Origin: Bacteroidota bacterium
GTDB taxonomy: Bacteria; Bacteroidota; Bacteroidia; Bacteroidales; JABHKC01
Reading direction: 5' to 3'
Length of the DNA stretch: 64,000 bases
Assembly (NCBI GenBank): GCA_018692315.1
Contig: JABHKC010000068.1
Location: 13,216-77,215, forward strand
Shown: piece after piece, positions 56,993 through 64,000 of the stretch
Position numbering within the stretch: the first letter of the stretch is position 1
Layout of the letters: the number at the start of each line of letters is the position of its first letter
Translations under genes and position numbers: made by a program
Notes under the pieces: generated by a model
What the model was told of the DNA's origin: nothing
Database searches by the model: none
Seen by the model: the letters and a program-made list of their open reading frames with translations, nothing else

Positions 56993-59656
56993 ATGAGAAC
57001 AAAATTATTACCTAAAAAAAGCTTTCTTAGCACTGTAACTTTTGTAATATCACTTTTGATAATAAATAGTTACACATTTTCGCAACCAAATTGGTCTTAT
57101 TCCATTACTGGAAATTCTCATACTATTTTGACTCAGGGCACAATTCCAATTACTATTAATGGCTCACCTATAAGTTCTGGAGACTATATTGGAGTTTTTT
57201 TCGATTCAACCTATGGAGCCGGTTGTGGTGGATATCTTCAATGGACTGGTGCGAACAATGCATTGGTAGCATGGGAAACTGATAATGGTGGCGATGGTTT
57301 TATCGTTGGAGAATCATTTAAATGGAAAATCTGGCAAGCCTCAACAAATTATGAGTTTTCGGCAATTGCAACTTATGATAACACAGTTGCTTTTCCAAAT
57401 ACAGGATTTTATGCTCCAAATGGTATAAGTTCTCTTACTTCACTGGTTGCTTTAAGTACTACTACTTCATTTTATATAATTACAACAGATGCCACTTGTT
57501 ATGGATTTTCAGATGGAATTGCTGAAACAGTTTTAACTTCCGGTACACCTCCCTGCAGTTATCTTTGGTCGAACGGAGCTACAACAAGTACAATCAATAA
57601 TCTATATGCAGGAACCTATTATTTAACACTCACTGATGGAACAGGTTCGTATTTTGATAGTGCTCAGATTAACGAACCTGACCAAATTGTATCAATAATT
57701 ACAGTTACAAATGTTAGTACATTTGGTGGTTCCGATGGTGAACTCAATATTCAAGTTACTGGTGGAGTTCCACCATACTCCTATCTTTGGTCGAATGGTT
57801 CTACAATAATAAATCCTATTGCATTAACTGCCGGAAACTACACTGTTACGATTACAGATAATGCCGGTTGCTTCATATCAGAGGGAGCTACAATAAACCA
57901 GCTCGGATGGTCTTATACTAATACGAGCCAAAATCATTCCATATTAATTCAAGACACAATTCCGATAACTATAAATGGTTTACCCATAAGTGCTGGAGAT
58001 TATATTGGAGTTTTTTTCGATTCAACAAATGGAGCGGGCTGTGGTGGATATATTGAATGGAATGGTATAACAAATTCTGTAGCCGCTTGGGGAATGGATG
58101 TCGGTGGCGATGGTTTTATGGTAGGAGAATCTTTTAAATGGAAAATATGGCAAACTTCTACAAATACTGAGTTTGTAGCTGCTGCAACATACAACACTAT
58201 TGGTTTTCCGAATTTAGGTAGTTTTGAACCTAACGGTATAAGTTCTCTGGCCTCATTAGTTGTTGGAAATGCCAATACTTTGTTTTATCTTAATAGCACC
58301 GATGCCACGTGCTTTGGATATGCCGATGGAAGTGCCGAAACCGTTTTAATTTATGGCACACCTCCATACGATTATTTATGGTCTAACGGAGCAACAACAA
58401 GCACAATTAATAATCTAAGCGCAGGAACATATTATTTAACTCTTACTGATGCAACCGGTTCCTTTATTGATAGTGTTCAGATAAACGAGCCCGATCAAAT
58501 TATATCAACAATAACAATAACAAATGTGAGCACCTTTGGTGGCTTCGATGGCGAACTCGATATAGTTGTGAGCGGAGGAGTACCACCATATTTCTACAAC
58601 TGGTCAAATGGTTCAACAAGTGCAAATTTGACTGGATTGACAGCAGGAAATTATACTGTAACCGTTACCGATAATTTAGCTTGTTTTATTATGGATGGAG
58701 CAACAGTAATTCAGCCCGGCTCAACAATTTCCGGTCAAATTCTCAGTGCCACAAAAGACCTTGTACAATCAGCAATAGTGGTTCTTTATGTTTCTGCAAA
58801 TAACAAATATGAAGCGATTGATTATGTATATTCAGACAATGGGCTATACTCTTTTGCAGGTATTGAAAACAAAGATTATATAGTTCAGGCTTTTCCAAAT
58901 TTTGATCAGTACTCAAACTTGCCGGTTTATAATGGTGGAACTATAGGATGGGAGCAAGCAAATCCATTAACAGTTGATAATAACACACAAACTGTTGATA
59001 TAAGTTTGCCCCCGGCAACCATAGCTACAAACGGGATTGGCTCAATTGGCGGAACAGTATTTTTCGATCACGATAGTTTGTACGAAGCCACAATTTTCGA
59101 TAACGAATGGTTTGGAGGAGGTTCTTCTAAAAGCTCAAAAAGTTTTGTTGTAAGAAATATTCCGGTTTTTCTGCTCAATGATCTCGGAAATGCAGTTTCT
59201 TGTGTTTTAACAGATATTTATGGAAACTATCAGTTTGACGATTTACCTTATAATTTGTACTATGTAAATGTTGAAAAAGCAGGCTTTTCTGCAGAAGATG
59301 CAGAAGTAATTGTAAATGAAACAAATCCTCAGATAAACGATATTTCGTTTACAATAATTGAAACAGAAATTGTTCAGAATATTGATTCAAATCCAGTGGT
59401 TTTAGAAAATTCACTTTCAATTTATCCAAATCCGGTAAACGATTTCCTCAATATTGATTTTTCTATTAATGAAAATGCTATCATAACAATTTCAATTTTT
59501 GATTGTATTGGAAATGAAATAATTTCAGAAACAAGTAAAAAAACTAAGGGGGAACATTTTATTAAAATAAAAACAGAAGATTTCTCAAATGGAATTTATT
59601 TTGTGAAATATGAAATTGATAATTCAAAAGGTTTAGTACAATTATTTGTAAAATAG
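56993..59656 (+). CDS. T9SS cargo paralogue 1: 2 x [novel N-domain + 2 SprB-type repeats] + 2 beta-sandwich (CarboxypepD_reg/SdrD-B-like) domains + CTD
   Basis: 887 aa. Signal peptide ending FSQ|PNW. Internal duplication (aa 31-302 versus 303-575). SprB-repeat pattern TDATCYGxxDGxAE...GTPPYxYLWSNGATT...AGTYYLTLTD. CTD IYPNPVNDFLNIDF...GIYFVKYEI. Confidence 0.8.
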   Translation: MRTKLLPKKSFLSTVTFVISLLIINSYTFSQPNWSYSITGNSHTILTQGTIPITINGSPISSGDYIGVFFDSTYGAGCGGYLQWTGANNALVAWETDNGGDGFIVGESFKWKIWQASTNYEFSAIATYDNTVAFPNTGFYAPNGISSLTSLVALSTTTSFYIITTDATCYGFSDGIAETVLTSGTPPCSYLWSNGATTSTINNLYAGTYYLTLTDGTGSYFDSAQINEPDQIVSIITVTNVSTFGGSDGELNIQVTGGVPPYSYLWSNGSTIINPIALTAGNYTVTITDNAGCFISEGATINQLGWSYTNTSQNHSILIQDTIPITINGLPISAGDYIGVFFDSTNGAGCGGYIEWNGITNSVAAWGMDVGGDGFMVGESFKWKIWQTSTNTEFVAAATYNTIGFPNLGSFEPNGISSLASLVVGNANTLFYLNSTDATCFGYADGSAETVLIYGTPPYDYLWSNGATTSTINNLSAGTYYLTLTDATGSFIDSVQINEPDQIISTITITNVSTFGGFDGELDIVVSGGVPPYFYNWSNGSTSANLTGLTAGNYTVTVTDNLACFIMDGATVIQPGSTISGQILSATKDLVQSAIVVLYVSANNKYEAIDYVYSDNGLYSFAGIENKDYIVQAFPNFDQYSNLPVYNGGTIGWEQANPLTVDNNTQTVDISLPPATIATNGIGSIGGTVFFDHDSLYEATIFDNEWFGGGSSKSSKSFVVRNIPVFLLNDLGNAVSCVLTDIYGNYQFDDLPYNLYYVNVEKAGFSAEDAEVIVNETNPQINDISFTIIETEIVQNIDSNPVVLENSLSIYPNPVNDFLNIDFSINENAIITISIFDCIGNEIISETSKKTKGEHFIKIKTEDFSNGIYFVKYEIDNSKGLVQLFVK

Positions 59657-59705
59657 AAATTATACTATTTTTATTAATTTACATTTCATTTATCAAATGA
59701 TTTAA

Positions 59706-59713
59706 TATTTTTG
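59706..59713 (+). promoter_or_regulatory. Bacteroidota sigma-A -7 box (TATTTTTG)
   Basis: Matches TAnnTTTG, 36 nt upstream of ATG 59750. Confidence 0.5.
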
Positions 59714-59749
59714 TATTTTATTGGTCTTAATTATTGTAAAGTAAAAATT

Positions 59750-61156
59750 ATGAATATACTAACAAAAATCAACAAAGTATGGCTTGGTAGAATTACTTTG
59801 GTATTAACATTTTCATTTATTAGTAATGGCACCTTTGCTCAACCAAATTGGACTTTTTCCACATCAGCAGTAAATCATACGATTCTCATTCAAGATATAA
59901 TTCCACTGACAATAAATGGAAATCAAATTACCAGTGGGGATTATATAGGGGTATTTTTTGACTCGACCTATGGTGCCGGCTGTGGCGGATATATTGAATG
60001 GAATGGTAGTAATAGTGCCATAACAGCCTGGGGTATGGATGTAGGAGGTGACGGATTTATTGATGGAGAATCATTTAAATGGAAAATCTGGCAAGCCTCA
60101 ACTAATCTTGAATTTGATGCAGTCCCGACATATAATACCAATACCACCGAATTTCCAGATTTAGGATTCTTTGCGGGTAATGGGATGAGTGCATTAACGT
60201 CTTTAGTTGTGAACTGCAATAGCATGATAGCAGGTTATATTTCAACTGGGACAAAACAATTAGTTTACTCTGCAATAGTAGTTTTGTATGAAATAACAAA
60301 TAATGGTTATAAAGCTATAGATTATTTTTATTCAAATGATGGACACTATTCATTTGTAAATATGGAAAATGCAAATTATATAGTTCATGCCATTCCAAAT
60401 TTCGAAATGTTTTCTTATTTGCCTGTTTATAATGGAAACAACAGAAGTTGGGAACAAGCAAATATTATTACAATTGACAATAGTTTACATGGAATTGATA
60501 TAAATCTGCCCCCAACAAGTTTGAATGCAAATGGAATTGCTTCTATTAGTGGAACAGTATTTTTTGATCACGATAGCATTTACGAATCTGCAATTTTTGA
60601 AAACAATTGGTTTGGAGGAGGTTCAAAAAACACTTCCCAAAGTATAGCTGCAAGAAATATTACTGTTTTTTTACTTGATGATCTCGGAAATCCTATTTCA
60701 TGTACACTAACAAATATTGATGGTAGTTATCAATTTGAAAATTTACCATATAATCTTTATTATATTAAAGTTGAACATGCCGGATTTTCTTCAGAAAATG
60801 CAGAAATTATTCTCTATGAAACTGAACCTGACGTAGATAGCATTTCATTTACTCTCATTAAAGACAAGATTGTACAAGATATTGGCACAATTTCCAATTC
60901 TGAAGATCAAGGATTTTTCATGTATCCAAATCCGGTAAACGATATTCTTAACATCAATTTTTCGATATCTGAAAATGCAAAGATAAGACTTTCAATTTTT
61001 AATTGTATTGGAAATGAGATATTTACTGAAAGCTACCAAAAAACAAAAGGTGAATATTCAATTAAGAAAAATGTTGAAGCTTTGTCAAATGGTATTTATT
61101 TTGTTAAGCTTGAAAAAAATAATAAAGTATTATCTTTTGGAAAGTTTATTAAATAG
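59750..61156 (+). CDS. T9SS cargo paralogue 2: novel N-domain + 2 beta-sandwich domains + CTD (no SprB repeats)
   Basis: ATG 59750 preferred: the TTG at 59711 overlaps the -7 promoter box. Signal peptide ...GTFAQ|PNW. Same N-domain and C-terminal half as its neighbours. Confidence 0.8.
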   Translation: MNILTKINKVWLGRITLVLTFSFISNGTFAQPNWTFSTSAVNHTILIQDIIPLTINGNQITSGDYIGVFFDSTYGAGCGGYIEWNGSNSAITAWGMDVGGDGFIDGESFKWKIWQASTNLEFDAVPTYNTNTTEFPDLGFFAGNGMSALTSLVVNCNSMIAGYISTGTKQLVYSAIVVLYEITNNGYKAIDYFYSNDGHYSFVNMENANYIVHAIPNFEMFSYLPVYNGNNRSWEQANIITIDNSLHGIDINLPPTSLNANGIASISGTVFFDHDSIYESAIFENNWFGGGSKNTSQSIAARNITVFLLDDLGNPISCTLTNIDGSYQFENLPYNLYYIKVEHAGFSSENAEIILYETEPDVDSISFTLIKDKIVQDIGTISNSEDQGFFMYPNPVNDILNINFSISENAKIRLSIFNCIGNEIFTESYQKTKGEYSIKKNVEALSNGIYFVKLEKNNKVLSFGKFIK

Positions 61157-61271
61157 ATAAACACATATTATCACAATTGCATTACAAAAATTATTAGATG
61201 CTTATGAATGAATTGTTAAGCTTTAAAAATAAATTGTATTAAACTTAGTTTCATCAACTAAACCAAAAATT

Positions 61272-63125
61272 ATGAAAGCACAAATTTTTTCTAATAAGAA
61301 ATTTTTAGGTCTAAAAGTTTTAGTATTATCACTTTTTCTATGTAATTCTTTTTCATTTTCGCAACCTAACTGGTCATATACTATTACAGAATACAACCAC
61401 ACCATTCTTATTCAAGACATTATACCGATTTTGATAAACGGTACACCAATCAGTAGTGGAGATTATATTGGAGTCTTTTTCGATTCAACAAATGGCACTG
61501 GATGTGGTGGTTATTTTGAATGGACTGGCATAAATAACTCAATAACCGCATGGGAGGTTGATGTTGGAGGAGATGGTTTTATTCTTGGCGAAACTTTCAA
61601 GTGGAAAATTTGGCAAGCCTCAACAAATACTGAGTTTCAAGCAATTGCTACTTTTGATTTGGATACTAACGCTTTTCCACATTCTAATTTATTCGCTCGG
61701 AATGGCATCAGTGCCTTAACTTCCCTTATTGTCGGGCCGGCTCCAACTTTGTTTTATATTAATCCAACAGACATAACTTGTTATGGAGATGTTGATGGTT
61801 CTGCCGAGGTTGTTACTATTTATGGTACACCTCCATATGATTATCTATGGTCGAATGGGGCAACAACAAGTAGTATCAATAATCTAAATTCCGGCTGGTA
61901 TTATTTAACATTTACTGATTCTACCGGCACGTTTACTGATAGTGTTGAAATTATTGAACCTAATGAATTGCAGATAAATATTTCGATTTTAGACGTGAGT
62001 TCTCCCGGTGGCGCCGATGGAGAAATTAATTTACAAGTAACAGGGGGTACTCCTCCATGCTCATACCAGTGGTCTAATGGAGCTACATCATCAAATCTTA
62101 CATCTTTATATGCAGGTAATTATTTATTCACAGTTACTGACTATAATGGATGTTTTCTATCTAACAGTGCAAGCGTAAATCAACCTTCATCAACAATCAC
62201 AGGTCAGGTTTATACCAGCACTAAAGAGCTTGTACAATCTGTAGTCGTGATTTTGTATATTTCAACAAATAATAGTTTCAATGCAATAGACTATATATTT
62301 TCCACTAATGGACAATACCAATTTGCAGATATCCAATATAAAGATTATTTAATTCAAGCTATACCTAATTTTAGTTTATACTCATATTTGCCAACTTACA
62401 ATGGTAATATACTAAGATGGGAGCAAACTACTCCTATTAGCATTGAGGATAGTTTAGAAATTGTCAATATTACTTTGCCTCATGCAACTTTAGCAACTAA
62501 TGGGAATGGGACAATTAGTGGAACAGTATTTTTCGATCATGATAGTTTGTATGAAGCAAATATTTTCGATAATAACTGGTTTGGCAGATTAACATCAAAA
62601 AGTTCCAATAGCTTTACTGTAAGAAATATTCCGGTATTTTTACACGATGATCTTGGCAATGAAATTTTATGCACATTAACTGATATAAATGGAAACTATC
62701 AATTTACTGATTTACCCTACAATCTGTATTATATAAATGTTGAAAAAGCAGGTTTTGTTTCAGAAAATATCGAAGTAATTGTGAATGAGACAAATCCTGA
62801 AATTGGAGACATTTCTTTTACGATTATTGATAATGAAATCATTGAAAACATTGGTTCAAGCCCATCTTTTGAAGAAATGCAATTTTCAATTTATCCAAAT
62901 CCGGTGAACGATTTTCTGAATATTGATTTTACAATTAATGAAAATGCTAGCATTAGAATTTCAATTTATGATTGCATTGGCAATGTAATAGCTTCAGAAA
63001 CAAGTAAAAAAACTATGGGGGAACATTTTATTAAAATGAACACAGAAGATTTGTCAAATGGAATTTATTTTGTGAAATTTGAAATTGATAATTTAATATT
63101 TTCATTGAAGAAGTTTGTGAAATAA
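61272..63125 (+). CDS. T9SS cargo paralogue 3: novel N-domain + 2 SprB-type repeats + 2 beta-sandwich domains + CTD
   Basis: 617 aa. Signal peptide ...SFSFSQ|PNW. By eye, CTD DNA is roughly 85-90% identical to paralogue 1. Confidence 0.8.
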   Translation: MKAQIFSNKKFLGLKVLVLSLFLCNSFSFSQPNWSYTITEYNHTILIQDIIPILINGTPISSGDYIGVFFDSTNGTGCGGYFEWTGINNSITAWEVDVGGDGFILGETFKWKIWQASTNTEFQAIATFDLDTNAFPHSNLFARNGISALTSLIVGPAPTLFYINPTDITCYGDVDGSAEVVTIYGTPPYDYLWSNGATTSSINNLNSGWYYLTFTDSTGTFTDSVEIIEPNELQINISILDVSSPGGADGEINLQVTGGTPPCSYQWSNGATSSNLTSLYAGNYLFTVTDYNGCFLSNSASVNQPSSTITGQVYTSTKELVQSVVVILYISTNNSFNAIDYIFSTNGQYQFADIQYKDYLIQAIPNFSLYSYLPTYNGNILRWEQTTPISIEDSLEIVNITLPHATLATNGNGTISGTVFFDHDSLYEANIFDNNWFGRLTSKSSNSFTVRNIPVFLHDDLGNEILCTLTDINGNYQFTDLPYNLYYINVEKAGFVSENIEVIVNETNPEIGDISFTIIDNEIIENIGSSPSFEEMQFSIYPNPVNDFLNIDFTINENASIRISIYDCIGNVIASETSKKTMGEHFIKMNTEDLSNGIYFVKFEIDNLIFSLKKFVK

Positions 63126-63553
63126 AAAAATGTAAGTAATCTGTGTCAGAAAATTAGAGTTATTGATAAGTTTAATCTGTGAAACTCGGTGTCTTTTTTG
63201 TGGTTCTTTTTGAAACTGCTATTACACAAAGTGACTCAAAGAACTACAAAGTTTATTAAAGATTTTGAAAGCCCATATATTCATTATTTTCAACACTGAT
63301 TAGCTACGAAGAAATAATGTTCTAATACTTTTTTACATTTTCATATAAAACCAATTGCTGCCATCAAGCCAGAAAAAAGGAACTTAGATTTGTTACATGA
63401 AAATGGTTATAGGAACTTTAAGTGTTTCTATATCTGCAATAAAGCTATGTTTTTTTTTTAATTAGCCCATTTTAATAAATATTAACTTTTAGTAATAGAC
63501 AAAATATCGTAATAAACTTTAGCTTGCACAATTTTTGTTATTGCGAAAAAATA

Positions 63554-63561
63554 TATTTTTG
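63554..63561 (+). promoter_or_regulatory. Bacteroidota sigma-A -7 box (TATTTTTG)
   Basis: Matches TAnnTTTG, 25 nt upstream of ATG 63587. Confidence 0.5.
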
Positions 63562-63586
63562 TGAAGTTTTTGAAATAATAGATAGT

Positions 63587-64000
63587 ATGAAAAAGTATTT
63601 TATAGTAATTGGTTTGGTTTTGGCATTTATAAGCAGTTCAGCTCAAATTCTGGAACCTGTGAAGTGGAAATTTTCTTCTGAGCAAATAAATGAAAAAGAG
63701 GTAGTTTTAATTTTCAAAGCAGATATTGAAAAAAAATGGCACTTATATTCTCAAAATATTGAAGAGGGTGGGCCAATACCTACCGGATTTTTTTTCGACG
63801 AATCGACAGATTATGAACTTGTCGGAAAAGTAATCGAAAAAAGTAAGGCTACAACAGAGTTTGACAAAAGTTTCAAAATGGATCTTGCTTATTTTAGCAT
63901 TGAAGCCATATTCGAGCAGAAGGTCAAAATTCTTACTGATAAGCCATTTGCTGTAAAGGGTTTTATAGAATTTATGGTTTGCGACGATGAGCGTTGTCTT
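63587..64000 (+). CDS. thiol:disulfide interchange protein DsbD-like, N-terminal domain (3' partial)
   Basis: Not in the ORF track because it runs off the window. I translated it by hand: MKKYFIVIGLVLAFISSSAQILEPVKWKF...KKWHLYSQNIEEGGPIPTGFFF...FIEFMVCDDERCL, which matches the DsbD N-terminal domain pattern (WH.YS, GP.PT, MxCxDxxCL). Confidence 0.7.
   Translation, partial: MKKYFIVIGLVLAFISSSAQILEPVKWKFSSEQINEKEVVLIFKADIEKKWHLYSQNIEEGGPIPTGFFFDESTDYELVGKVIEKSKATTEFDKSFKMDLAYFSIEAIFEQKVKILTDKPFAVKGFIEFMVCDDERCL

Noticed and set aside
1-64000. tRNA, rRNA, tmRNA, riboswitches, prophage, transposase, integrase or defence-system genes (RM, CBASS, retron, TA, Cas)
   Set aside because: I scanned intergenic spacers for tRNA-like T-arm/acceptor patterns and the ORF set for nuclease, ATPase, RT or recombinase signatures. 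I found none. A by-eye negative for small RNAs is weak and should be confirmed with tRNAscan-SE and Infernal.

Overview
AT-rich (about 30% GC by eye) chromosomal segment that looks like an uncultured-type Bacteroidota genome. The signs are TAnnTTTG promoter boxes, Gln right after signal-peptide cleavage sites, and many T9SS C-terminal sorting domains. I can support 43 protein-coding genes. Housekeeping anchors are uvrA, rnz, rpsA, lepA, dnaE and pfkA. Other content: a response regulator plus hybrid histidine kinase; a His-rich CzcB-CzcA-TolC-type metal efflux operon; an ECF sigma factor with an RsrA-like zinc anti-sigma factor; a frameshifted rhodanese-thioredoxin gene; a cluster with a cysteine-dioxygenase-like cupin, a group II PLP decarboxylase and a possible permuted NlpC/P60-LRAT-like protein; and eight genes with a recognisable T9SS sorting domain plus a 1500-aa C25 gingipain-like protease that lacks one. 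The cargo set includes three tandem paralogues that share an unrecognised ~120-aa domain with the protease. I saw no rRNA, tRNA, CRISPR array, transposase, integrase, reverse transcriptase or recognisable defence gene. The non-coding DNA is unusually structured: (i) a family of ~120-nt hairpin elements with a conserved 19-nt apex and arms that differ between copies but stay self-complementary; (ii) a ~90%-identical ~55-nt core (inside ~120-150-nt elements) upstream of two operons; (iii) two short-period ATTG-based tandem arrays, one inside the efflux operon; (iv) a 31-nt inverted-repeat pair around a consensus promoter; (v) GC-richer word-sharing hairpins at gene ends. No classical mobile or defence system is evident. 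The best candidates for undescribed biology are the dioxygenase/decarboxylase/LRAT-like cluster, the sigma/ZAS thiol-stress module, the shared secreted domain and the hairpin element family. All calls come from reading the sequence and from remembered family signatures. No database search was run.
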